From a virus, in IMG/VR virus record IMGVR_UViG_3300028581_003594, positions 1-64,000 of that record: a DNA stretch of 64,000 nt; one strand, 5' to 3'. Positions 26,683 to 36,127 of the stretch are shown here, piece after piece. The notes below the pieces were generated by a model. It did not search any database, had not been told where the DNA came from, and saw only the letters and a list, made by a program, of their open reading frames with translations. The translations under genes and the position numbers were made by a program. Positions within the stretch are counted from its first letter, which is position 1. Each line of letters starts with the position of its first letter.

Positions 26683-28007
26683 TAACTGGCCTCTGCGGGA
26701 TATAATTTGAAGAATGTGTCCTTGGTGAACTTCCAAGAATAAGTCTCTTCTATCTTGGCAACATCGAAATTACAATCTTCCACAAATTTTTTAGCATCAT
26801 GTGCTCCTCGTTTAAGCCATGTGTTGCCTGTAGACAACCATTTTTCAATCCTATATCCCGTTTCCACTGTGGGACGTTGTTTATTCCATAATATTAATTT
26901 GCTGACTTCTCTAAAGGCATTTTTCCATGCTGTGTAGTTGTCTGGGCACAATAATGCTGTGTTTGCCACTATAGGTACGACTTCATGTTTGCTATAAAGA
27001 GTGAAATCCAGACCTGGGGTATCTGGAGTGTCGAGGCATAAAGATCTGGAAAAAAGATTGATATTAAATGTACCATATTCCAATCCAAGTTCGGATAATC
27101 TTGCATGAAATATATAATGTCTTTTATTTTTTGCTCTATCCACAGTGTAATCAAACATAAAATTCTCGTCCACCTGGCTTTTTGCAAACACAGCATAAAA
27201 ATATTCTTGGCTGGATTGTTCGGCCGCTTGTTTATATGCTGCTGTTCTTCCATCCACTCCTCGCACCCAATACAGTTTATTTTTTAAGTTGTTTTTTTGT
27301 AAATGTGTTTTTAACAATTCATAGTTTCCCTCTTCGAATGGTTCTCCGTTGGATATGAAGGCTATATCAAAACAATCTTTTTCCATGTTGTTCTGCAATC
27401 GATACAATAAGTGATAGTCATATATCTGCGTGTGTATCTTATCCACGGCTGCATTTGGTACATAGAATGTGGTGCCATCGATGTAAATTTTTAGATCTTC
27501 CCAATAAGAGGGATATATTTTTTTATCGTTTTCCTTTTCAAAATGTTTAACGTATCTGCAGGGAGGTCCCGGCGTCCTTGTCAGACAATCGATGTTATTG
27601 CTTAGATCGTAGGGGGATTCTGCAATGTTATAATCATAGGATATATTTTTTACAGTATGGTAGTTGATATCTTTGTAGTCTCGTAGATGGTCTATTTGTT
27701 GTTCTGTATACTTCTTTGGTATTAAGAATGTATCACCTTCTTTCTGTCCTTCTATGGACCAAACATGAATTTGTTCTGTTTGGAATTGTTCGGGAATAAA
27801 CATAAAATCAAAATTTCGATAATCAATTAAACTGGAAAGCAACCAAAGATATCGTGTGCTGCATGATGAGATCTGGGATCGTATTATTTCGTGGTAGCTC
27901 TGCAGGAATGGCATGACTCTCACGTAAGGAAATACTTTTTTAATATTCTTTATATTTTGTTCACTTTTACTATTTTTAAAATCTATACAGATACAATCAA
28001 AAGCCAC
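26679..28007 (-). CDS. Glycosyltransferase-like protein (GT-A related, DxD degenerate)
   Basis: C-terminal half FDIAFISNGEP..VRGVDGRTAAYKQAA..AWKNAFRE is paralogous to ORF 39484-40374. Confidence 0.6.
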   Translation of the reverse strand: MAFDCICIDFKNSKSEQNIKNIKKVFPYVRVMPFLQSYHEIIRSQISSCSTRYLWLLSSLIDYRNFDFMFIPEQFQTEQIHVWSIEGQKEGDTFLIPKKYTEQQIDHLRDYKDINYHTVKNISYDYNIAESPYDLSNNIDCLTRTPGPPCRYVKHFEKENDKKIYPSYWEDLKIYIDGTTFYVPNAAVDKIHTQIYDYHLLYRLQNNMEKDCFDIAFISNGEPFEEGNYELLKTHLQKNNLKNKLYWVRGVDGRTAAYKQAAEQSSQEYFYAVFAKSQVDENFMFDYTVDRAKNKRHYIFHARLSELGLEYGTFNINLFSRSLCLDTPDTPGLDFTLYSKHEVVPIVANTALLCPDNYTAWKNAFREVSKLILWNKQRPTVETGYRIEKWLSTGNTWLKRGAHDAKKFVEDCNFDVAKIEETYSWKFTKDTFFKLYPAEASY

Positions 28008-29091
28008 AAAATTCTCCTATCATATCACAAACATATTTGATTTCATTCTTCCTTAGATGTGGATAGATTGGAAGACTCAAACATTCTTTTGAAATTTTTT
28101 CAGCATTAGGGAAAGACTCTTTATTATTAAAATATTTTGTGTGTGGCAATATCGTGTTGTAATGTATTTGTGTTTCTATGCCTTTCTTATTAAGAAATTC
28201 TTTTAAATTATCTCTATCTTTACATAATATCACAAATTTGTGATTGGACCCAGTTGTGTTTGATTGTGTGTCAATAATTTTAACATTCAACAATCTTTTT
28301 AAATGTTGACTGTATTGTTCTCTGACTTGTTGCCTCCTGTCTTGCAGAGTATTAAAATCCATCATCAACACATTCAATTGCGCAGCTTGACTTTCTGATA
28401 TTACAGAATTATATCCATAATCTATGTCAGCACCATTCACTCCATGGTATCTTAGAGCTAGACATTTTTCCTCTATTTCTTTGTCATCGGTTAATATCAT
28501 ACCACCACTGCCAAGAGCAGGCAAATTTTTTGTAGGAGAGAAACTTAACACACTGATATCTCCCAGACTGCCAGAATGTGACTTTTTATAAACGGCTCCC
28601 AACGATTGAGCAGCGTCTTCCACTAACAATATTTTATTTTTACGACAATACTGTTTCAACCTATCATAGTCAGCTAGATTGCCATAAAGATTTACATATA
28701 CTAAAGCATCGGCTTTGATACCTTTGATATCACTAATCTGAGCATCTACTCCCACGTCTACGAATTTCATATGCGCACCGGTACGTTTTATTGCTGTGGC
28801 GGTGCTGAGGAAGGATAGTGCTGGACATATCACTGTTTTACCTGGTCCTATTCCATGCGATCGTAGTGCAAAATACAGTGCATCCGTGCAGCTCTGCACT
28901 CCTATCGCATGCTCCCGTCCCACATAATTTGCTACCAAATCTTCAAACATTCCTAATTCTGAATCTACTTTTTTTCTACCCATTAGCACGTTGCCTGTTC
29001 GCCAAACGTCTCGGGCAGCTTGATCTAGTTCTCCCTTGTAACAAGAATAGATTCTATCTAATCCGTTAAATTTTATTTTGTAACCACTCAT
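27997..29091 (-). CDS. DegT/DnrJ/EryC1/StrS PLP-dependent sugar aminotransferase
   Basis: SCTDAL, EDAAQSLG, SFSPTKNL, GGMILT and LSLPIYP. Confidence 0.93.
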   Translation of the reverse strand: MSGYKIKFNGLDRIYSCYKGELDQAARDVWRTGNVLMGRKKVDSELGMFEDLVANYVGREHAIGVQSCTDALYFALRSHGIGPGKTVICPALSFLSTATAIKRTGAHMKFVDVGVDAQISDIKGIKADALVYVNLYGNLADYDRLKQYCRKNKILLVEDAAQSLGAVYKKSHSGSLGDISVLSFSPTKNLPALGSGGMILTDDKEIEEKCLALRYHGVNGADIDYGYNSVISESQAAQLNVLMMDFNTLQDRRQQVREQYSQHLKRLLNVKIIDTQSNTTGSNHKFVILCKDRDNLKEFLNKKGIETQIHYNTILPHTKYFNNKESFPNAEKISKECLSLPIYPHLRKNEIKYVCDMIGEFCGF

Positions 29092-30007
29092 AATATTTCT
29101 CGATGCCTTTATTAAAATCATACTTAGGCATATATCCTAAAAAACTTTTAGCCTTTGTCACATCCAGCGTACCTCTGGAAGGATACAATGAATTTTTGCC
29201 CGTGTCTATAATTTTGCTTTTGCTTCCGGTCAGCTTGATAATTTTCTCTGCCGCTTCTCCTAAACTGCTTGCATTGCCTGCTGTGATATTGAATGTTTGA
29301 TTGGCAGCTTTTTCCGCCAAAGCACAACTGATGATGCCATCGGCTGCATCCTCTACATAGGTGAAATCGATCTTATTTTCATTGTCATGGACATAGATAT
29401 TCTCGTTTAACATTGCGGCTTTAAAAAATTTGCTTAAAACTCGATCTGGTATATCGCCTGCTCCATACACCCCACTGGGCCTGGCTATCACGTACTCGAG
29501 ACCAAATGCCCTGTTGAATTGCTGTGTTAGTCTCTCTCCTGACAATTTGGCCTCTCCATAGATGTTGACCGGAGCAGGCACGCTGTTCTCATCCGCTCCA
29601 TCCTTGAAGTCCCCGTATACCATGCTGGAGGACACATAAACAAAGCGCTTGACTCCGTGTTCCACGCAGTCCTGCAACATGCCCGTGGTGCCCACCACTA
29701 TGTTCTCCACTCCCAGCTCTGGCTGCTCATTGACTATCTTGGCCCTGGGATAACTTGCCAGGTGTATCACTATGTCTTGTTTTCTCAACCACACGCGATC
29801 CAGAGGCACGGTCACATCTCCTGATTTCTTTGTTACCTGATTCCAGTTCCTCTGACGCCATTGACAAAGACTATCTAAAGAATCCCTATCAATCACATCA
29901 TAGGTTTCTCCAGAATCTATTGTGGTAATTTTATGGCCCATGCGACATAATTTCTCCACAATCCAACTGCCAATGAATCCTTCTCCTCCGGTGATTAAAA
30001 TTTTCAT
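29066..30007 (-). CDS. NAD-dependent epimerase/dehydratase
   Basis: TGGEGFIG, VSSSMVYG, YGEAK and DFTYVED. Confidence 0.92.
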   Translation of the reverse strand: MKILITGGEGFIGSWIVEKLCRMGHKITTIDSGETYDVIDRDSLDSLCQWRQRNWNQVTKKSGDVTVPLDRVWLRKQDIVIHLASYPRAKIVNEQPELGVENIVVGTTGMLQDCVEHGVKRFVYVSSSMVYGDFKDGADENSVPAPVNIYGEAKLSGERLTQQFNRAFGLEYVIARPSGVYGAGDIPDRVLSKFFKAAMLNENIYVHDNENKIDFTYVEDAADGIISCALAEKAANQTFNITAGNASSLGEAAEKIIKLTGSKSKIIDTGKNSLYPSRGTLDVTKAKSFLGYMPKYDFNKGIEKYYEWLQNKI

Positions 30008-31494
30008 AGTACCCTTACATTATACTTGGTTTCAAAGCGTTCCGCATCCTTGATGTCATTTACCATGGGCTCGCCCTTGATATTGAGAGATGTGTTCAAC
30101 AGCATGGGACAGCCGGTCTTTTGCTTCCATGTTTTTAACAGTTGGTAAAAACCTGGATTCTGTGTTTTATTCACTGTTTGCACACGGCTGGTGCCGTCAT
30201 GATGCACAATGGCAGGAAAGTCTTTACCATGCTTACAACGGGCTATAAATTGCATATAAGGGGTGTTTACAACGCACTTAGGTACCTCAAAATACTCGTG
30301 TAGATCCTCCTCTAGTATGGCGGGTGCAAATGGTCGAAATTGCTGTCTCTTCTTGATGCGATTTACCAAATCTTTGATATCATCGCCTCTTGGATCTGCC
30401 AGCAATGATCTATTACCAAGAGCCCTGGGTCCAAACTCTGCCCTGCCATTGGCCACGCCCACCATGCGATTGTTTTCCAATTCTTTCATGATGGCATCCA
30501 CAGGGTATTCTCCTGCTATGTTATGTCCCAGGAAAGGATGACGCCAATTGATGTGTCTTCGTTCAGCTGCCGCGATACACCCTATGGAACTGCCAGCATC
30601 TCCTGGATTGGGCATGATCCATATGTTGTCAAACAATCCAAGATCGGCCAATCGACTGTTGGCCACACAATTTAGGGCCACCCCACCTCCATACACCAGG
30701 TTTCTCTTGTTGCCGTATGGACTGACCGCTATCTGACCATTTGGTATGTACTGTCGAGCCTTGCGCCACAGTTTTTCTAATTCTTGTTCCGTAACTTTTT
30801 GTATGCTGGCTGCCAGATCCATGGGATCAGCTTCGGGTAGCCAGTTGTGCAATCCTCTGTGTAGATTTTTCTTCAATGTGAAATCTCCATCCCTGTCCAC
30901 GAGATCCTTGTAAACCTCTGCCACATGTCTGGGTTCTCCGTATGCTGCCATGCCCATTAGGATGTACTCTTCTTCGGCGGGTTTTAGTCCAACTCGCTGT
31001 GTGAACGCTGAATACAGCACACCCAATGAATGAGGATATTTGATCCTGTAGCATAGTTCTAATCGCTTGCCCTGGGCTTGCCATATTGAGGTGGTATCCC
31101 ATTCTCCTATGGCATCCACTGTCAACACCATGGCATCATAGAATGGCGATGTGAAAAACCCCGCAGCGGCGTGAGATTCATGGTGACCCACATACTGATC
31201 TATCTTTATTCCAAATGCATTTAGATAATTTTGTGGCATGTTAGTTCTGGAGAAAACTTCCGCCCATTGCCCAGCATAGGCCTGTCGAGTCTTTTTTAAC
31301 AATGGTCGCTCATAATAGACCACTCGGTCCCATGGTCCGTATTCGCGAGCCTCGTTGACTATTTGCCAATTGAGATACGGATCGTTCTTGTCCTTGCTGT
31401 ATCTCTCTGCGTGTGCCGCCCATAGGATCTCTCCATCTTCAACCACTGCCATGGCGGCGTCATGATTGAGGCAGTTGATTCCTAAAGTTCTCAT
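30004..31494 (-). CDS. O-carbamoyltransferase (NodU/CmcH/TobZ family)
   Basis: HDAAMA, HHESHAAA, DAIGE, MGMAAYG, GGVALNC, GDAG, EFGPRALGNRS, FRPFAP and LNTSLN. Confidence 0.95.
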   Translation of the reverse strand: MRTLGINCLNHDAAMAVVEDGEILWAAHAERYSKDKNDPYLNWQIVNEAREYGPWDRVVYYERPLLKKTRQAYAGQWAEVFSRTNMPQNYLNAFGIKIDQYVGHHESHAAAGFFTSPFYDAMVLTVDAIGEWDTTSIWQAQGKRLELCYRIKYPHSLGVLYSAFTQRVGLKPAEEEYILMGMAAYGEPRHVAEVYKDLVDRDGDFTLKKNLHRGLHNWLPEADPMDLAASIQKVTEQELEKLWRKARQYIPNGQIAVSPYGNKRNLVYGGGVALNCVANSRLADLGLFDNIWIMPNPGDAGSSIGCIAAAERRHINWRHPFLGHNIAGEYPVDAIMKELENNRMVGVANGRAEFGPRALGNRSLLADPRGDDIKDLVNRIKKRQQFRPFAPAILEEDLHEYFEVPKCVVNTPYMQFIARCKHGKDFPAIVHHDGTSRVQTVNKTQNPGFYQLLKTWKQKTGCPMLLNTSLNIKGEPMVNDIKDAERFETKYNVRVL

Positions 31495-31495
31495 T

Positions 31496-31600
31496 TTATT
31501 TGTAGATGAAAGGATCTTTCTTTTTCAGCTCTTTCAATCTCTTGCGATATTGCAACTCCAGTCGCACTTTGTTTATTAGGCCCTTGATCCATCCTATCAT
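31496..31600 (-). CDS. Small basic protein (34 aa), absent from the ORF track
   Basis: MIGWIKGLINKVRLELQYRKRLKELKKKDPFIYK; SD AAGGAG; ATGA-coupled to the upstream gene and fills the gap exactly. Confidence 0.7.
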   Translation of the reverse strand: MIGWIKGLINKVRLELQYRKRLKELKKKDPFIYK

Positions 31601-32406
31601 GTTTTGCTCCTTTTTGTGTTGTACAGATCTAGAAATTTACCGGACATCAATCCAGCGGCATCCACGTGTGCCTGGTCCAAAGGATGCGTGGTGCCTCGCG
31701 GATAGTCGTTCAGCAATGTCCATTGATTGAACCCCATGTTCCTTTCTCCAAAAAAATGCCATTTGCCTAGGTCAAGCTCATTATACAACGCATTCATCAA
31801 AGGGTCAACTTGGCTGAGTGGTTTGAGTTCATCCCAGAACAATGTGTTGTCCGCCAGCGTGAAAAAATAACCTATGTTCTTCTTTTCCAATATGTTCTGC
31901 AGCCAAACAATGCTCTTCCAGCTGAGATAGGTCTCATGATACTGGTTGGCCGCGTGCCTATACAATGCGTCAGCGAATGGCCCCACTCCCGTGCTGCGCA
32001 TGTCCTCCCTGCGTTTTTTCCAAACTTCCAGCTGTGGCTCGCTGGTGGCCAATTTCTTGTGTACCTCCGCCTGTGTGTCCGAGGTGTCCCAGGGAGTTAT
32101 GGTGGCCCATCTGGTCTTTTCCAGCACTGCGTTCCTGGGCATGGCCCAGTCGTAGCGAGAACAGAAGCTCCACATGATGGCCACGAACATGTCACGTGAT
32201 TGGTTCTGCGACACGTACTCGAACACACGCCGCGCTATGCCCGCGTTTCCTGTGCCTGGATATGACACAGTGGCGTAGTCCGCATTGGCGCTGGTGGCCA
32301 GCAGTGCCGACCATGACTTCTTGGAGGGGACCTTGCCGTCCTTGTCATCAGACAATTCGTGCCCGTAAGTGAAGCTGCAGCCCCCAGATAATAACAGTCT
32401 ATTCAT
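31597..32406 (-). CDS. SGNH/GDSL-like hydrolase or acyltransferase
   Basis: GCSFTYG (block I Ser), PGTGN, and C-terminal THPLDQAH. Confidence 0.7.
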   Translation of the reverse strand: MNRLLLSGGCSFTYGHELSDDKDGKVPSKKSWSALLATSANADYATVSYPGTGNAGIARRVFEYVSQNQSRDMFVAIMWSFCSRYDWAMPRNAVLEKTRWATITPWDTSDTQAEVHKKLATSEPQLEVWKKRREDMRSTGVGPFADALYRHAANQYHETYLSWKSIVWLQNILEKKNIGYFFTLADNTLFWDELKPLSQVDPLMNALYNELDLGKWHFFGERNMGFNQWTLLNDYPRGTTHPLDQAHVDAAGLMSGKFLDLYNTKRSKT

Positions 32407-33571
32407 ATATCTTCAAAAAATTATTTAATTCGGGAAATATCTTGGCGAAATTTTCCTGCCTGTATTCATCCGCACGCAGTATCCTTTTCCTCCTCTGCTC
32501 CTGTATCTCCTCCGTGTACCTGTCTCTGCTGTTCATGTAGCTGATGATGGACTCCAATTCCTTGATATTTTTGTATTTGTCCGAGGCCATTTTCTTCAAC
32601 TCATTGGGCAAGGTCTGCACATTGAAACAGTCGGGATCAAACAATGTGTTGATGTATAGGAATTTTGGATTGTATCCTTTCACCCACTTCAACAGTGTGT
32701 CCAGGTTCAATATGTTGAACACATTAATGGTTGAGCATATCTGGAAATCGGTGTTGCCGGTCAATGTCGACCGCAGGTTGAACTGTTTCAAATTTTCCTT
32801 TACTTGCTCCCAGTTGGCGGGGTGGCGCTGGTATTCAAATGCCTCTCCGGTGTCGTCGATGCTGAATGCTATCTCCACGTGCTTGAACTGGCTCCACAGC
32901 CAGAACATCCTGAAGTCAGGCAACTGAGTGCCGTTGGTGTTGTAGTGTATGTCCTGATTTTTGGCATACCCCTGCTCCACGCAGTGCTCCAGTATGCGGA
33001 AATGATTTTCTATCATGAACGGCTCTCCTCCCGTGAACTCAAAATATTCCACGTCCTTCAGCACCGGCTTGATGTCTTCGAAGAAAGCAGGATTTTTCTT
33101 GGGCCATTGACCCTCGTCCAGTTGCTTCTTGGCCAGAGGATTTGGGCCATATGCAATCTCTTCCTGAGCCCATTTGCTGCTGCTCCAGCTGCCGCATATG
33201 CGACATTTTAGATTGCACACGTTGCCCAGTTTGAAATCAATGAATCTCAATGATGGCCTGTGGTCAGGCGTCCAATCTCGCAGGCTCTGCTTCATCTTGT
33301 ATATGGAATTCATCCTCTTGCTGGTCTTGCCGGCATCCTCTTCCTGCCAGCAATTGCTGCAGCCCTCTGGACGTTCGCCCTTCCGGAATTGATCCCGCAG
33401 ATTGTTCATATATTCAGAATTCTGTATAGTGTCCAGAGAGTCCTTGTAGACCTTGTACTGGCCAATCTCTCCCTTGTACAGGCAGCAGGGTGATGCGGAT
33501 CCGTTCACGTCCACTTCAAGGTGCGTCCATGGCAGCACGCACATGTTGGATTTTATATAGCGTTCCACCAT
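32399..33571 (-). CDS. Radical SAM protein with N-terminal Twitch/SPASM-like domain
   Basis: CVLPW..PCC..CSNC, then CNLKCRIC, GGEP and YNTNGT. Confidence 0.9.
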   Translation of the reverse strand: MVERYIKSNMCVLPWTHLEVDVNGSASPCCLYKGEIGQYKVYKDSLDTIQNSEYMNNLRDQFRKGERPEGCSNCWQEEDAGKTSKRMNSIYKMKQSLRDWTPDHRPSLRFIDFKLGNVCNLKCRICGSWSSSKWAQEEIAYGPNPLAKKQLDEGQWPKKNPAFFEDIKPVLKDVEYFEFTGGEPFMIENHFRILEHCVEQGYAKNQDIHYNTNGTQLPDFRMFWLWSQFKHVEIAFSIDDTGEAFEYQRHPANWEQVKENLKQFNLRSTLTGNTDFQICSTINVFNILNLDTLLKWVKGYNPKFLYINTLFDPDCFNVQTLPNELKKMASDKYKNIKELESIISYMNSRDRYTEEIQEQRRKRILRADEYRQENFAKIFPELNNFLKIYE

Positions 33572-34857
33572 GCCAATATCCTCTCATCCTTTAGTATTTT
33601 TTTGATGTCCGTGTTCCTTATGGAATCTATCTGCTCACATCTTTTCTTGCCGCTGCGTATGCCTATCTCGGCCTTGGGATATTCCTCCCAAAATGTGTCC
33701 CGGGTTTTCATGTTCTCCAACACATCTATGAGGCTCTGTTGCAGATGAGTGGCCCTGGGCCTGATGTATTCTAAATTTTCATCTATGAGCTCATTCAGCA
33801 ATGATTTTGGCAGGCACATTGGGCTCATTATCTGTTGTGGGTCAAAAGCGAATGTGACCTTGGTCAGTAACTTGGCGTTGAGCTGCTGTGATAGGTCAAA
33901 CATGTTTCGTATTTCTTGCAAGCCTGGCATGGTGATGGTGAAGTCCAGTTGCATCTGTCTTTTGTTGCGGGCTATGGCCAACCCTTCCTTGAAGTTCTCC
34001 AAGAACTTTTTGTAGTTCAGTCCTGTCCTGATGTACTCTCCGATCTCTCCGGTGCCGTCCAGTGATGCGCACACCTGCCAGTCTCTGAATTTTTTCAACA
34101 GGTCAAACAATTTCTTGCCCTTGAACTCCACGCGGCTTAGATTCGTGTTGTATCTCGCATATACCCTGTAGCTGAAACCAAGCTCGATGATCCTTGCCAT
34201 CGAGTCCCAGTGTATGTCCCACATCAGTGGCTCCCCACCAACCCAATATATCTCCTCCATGCGTTTGTCTTCTATGGCGCTCATGAATTCCATCACCACC
34301 GTGCTGTCCTGGAAATATGATATCTGCTGCCTCAAGGGCGATGCCATCCATGGCTGCCGCTCTGGGGACCACATGTCATTGTTCCTCTGTTCTGATTCCC
34401 AGCTGGAGCTCAACATGTCGCCGCACTGACGGCATTTAAAATTGCAAAGATTATTGAAACGGTAGTCAAAGCTCACTGTCCTCATCTCTGTGTGGCCTGT
34501 GTCGTCGGTCTTATCAAAAGCATCATCTATCTTGTGGCCGAATAACTTGTTGAAATAGTCCCTGTACACATCTGTGTTGAGCAGTTTGTCATTGCACACC
34601 TGGCACTCGGGCAGCGTCTCTCCCGCCATCATCCTCCTCCTCACGCCGCGCATATGTTCATTGTTCCAATGCTGATCCAATGTCTCTGGATTGTATTCTT
34701 TTAGATCCCCTTCCCTGTCAATGTATTGGCGGAAGCTCTGTGCTGGTTCTCTGGAAGCGCAGCACATCCTGCGTTCTGTCTGTGGCGACAGGTAGGTGTG
34801 GGTCCAAGGCGCCATGCAAAACGTTTGGTTCCCTTCAGCGGGCTTAATCCTTTTCAT
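33553..34857 (-). CDS. Radical SAM protein with N-terminal Twitch/SPASM-like domain
   Basis: CMAPW..MCC..CQVC, then CNFKCRQC, GGEP and YNTNLS. Confidence 0.9.
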   Translation of the reverse strand: MKRIKPAEGNQTFCMAPWTHTYLSPQTERRMCCASREPAQSFRQYIDREGDLKEYNPETLDQHWNNEHMRGVRRRMMAGETLPECQVCNDKLLNTDVYRDYFNKLFGHKIDDAFDKTDDTGHTEMRTVSFDYRFNNLCNFKCRQCGDMLSSSWESEQRNNDMWSPERQPWMASPLRQQISYFQDSTVVMEFMSAIEDKRMEEIYWVGGEPLMWDIHWDSMARIIELGFSYRVYARYNTNLSRVEFKGKKLFDLLKKFRDWQVCASLDGTGEIGEYIRTGLNYKKFLENFKEGLAIARNKRQMQLDFTITMPGLQEIRNMFDLSQQLNAKLLTKVTFAFDPQQIMSPMCLPKSLLNELIDENLEYIRPRATHLQQSLIDVLENMKTRDTFWEEYPKAEIGIRSGKKRCEQIDSIRNTDIKKILKDERILAWWNAI

Positions 34858-36127
34858 ATAATTCGGCCAGTTCCGGAAAAGTTTCCAATATATTCTCATT
34901 CCTGATGTCGTCTAATTTCTTCATTCCCGATTTGAACTCTTCTATTTGTTCAAACTTGTCTCTCCTCATCATGTAATCCAAGCCAGACTGGAATCCTTTC
35001 GTGGCCCTGGTGAGATGATCTTGTGGTCTAAGCCATGCTATATGTGACTCATATTTTTCTTTTACCTTTTGTTTCATTGACTCAGGCAATAGATCAATTC
35101 TTTGCCAGAAAGGAAATTGTAATAGATTAAAATTAAAATCTTGGGGTTTTATGTAGCCTTGTTCCGACCACGTTCTGTGGAAATCCACCACATGCAGGGC
35201 ATTGATCAATCCCACAGTAGCACTGATATAAAAATCCACCTTTGGACACATAGCTTGCATTCTTTTTCTATTTGATTCTATCTCTGTCCATACAGTGCCT
35301 TTCCTCATGAATTCTGCTCTTGGTCCCATTGCATCAAGGCTAGCGCCCACAGAGACTGAATCAAACTTGTTCCATAGTTCTAACACATCCATGTCTTTGA
35401 AAGTTAATTTGCTAAAGTTAGTATTATAGATTAATCTCACGTGGTACAGCTTCCTGCGATCGAGTTCTTTTAAAATTTTATAGTGTTCTTCCATTATGAG
35501 GGGTTCTCCTCCGGCGAAATAGAACTGCTCCACATGATCAAACTGCGTCAACATCTGCTCCCAGATGTCATCTGCTGTTCTGCCCACTTTCATTATCTTG
35601 GCATGCCCTGGTGGTTTGCCAGTTAATTTTTTATGGTCCTCGTACCAATTGGATGAGAACCATGTGCCACAACTGCGACAGGCAAAGTTACAGAGATTGC
35701 TGAATCGTATATCCCAATACTTGATTACGAAATCAGCAGTGCCATCTGCTTGTGTGTTGTCGATCATGCCTATGTTGTGTCCAAAATGTTTGTTAGAACT
35801 TAATCTTAGGCTAAAAAATCCCGACTTCTCTTGGTCATAGCACTTGCCGCACTGCCGTGACTGTGTGTTTGACAACATGTTGAGACGCATCTCTCGCATA
35901 TCATTGCCATTAAAAACTTCTGCCATAGAACTCTTGTTTAAATCTCCTACAGGGTATTGATCCAATCCAAAACAACATGGATAAGCTCTGCCATCTGGAA
36001 AAGCATGTAGATGTAACCATGGCATCATGCAAAAAGTATCACTATCTAGCAGCAATTCTTTTTGCTTTGAGGTCATGTCTTTAATTTTTAATTTTTCGGG
36101 CTCTTTGGCCCCATACTCATAAGCCAC
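34844..36127 (-). CDS. Radical SAM protein with N-terminal Twitch/SPASM-like domain
   Basis: CMMPW..PCC..CGKC, then CNFACRSC, GGEP and YNTNFS. Confidence 0.9.
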   Translation of the reverse strand: MAYEYGAKEPEKLKIKDMTSKQKELLLDSDTFCMMPWLHLHAFPDGRAYPCCFGLDQYPVGDLNKSSMAEVFNGNDMREMRLNMLSNTQSRQCGKCYDQEKSGFFSLRLSSNKHFGHNIGMIDNTQADGTADFVIKYWDIRFSNLCNFACRSCGTWFSSNWYEDHKKLTGKPPGHAKIMKVGRTADDIWEQMLTQFDHVEQFYFAGGEPLIMEEHYKILKELDRRKLYHVRLIYNTNFSKLTFKDMDVLELWNKFDSVSVGASLDAMGPRAEFMRKGTVWTEIESNRKRMQAMCPKVDFYISATVGLINALHVVDFHRTWSEQGYIKPQDFNFNLLQFPFWQRIDLLPESMKQKVKEKYESHIAWLRPQDHLTRATKGFQSGLDYMMRRDKFEQIEEFKSGMKKLDDIRNENILETFPELAELYEKD

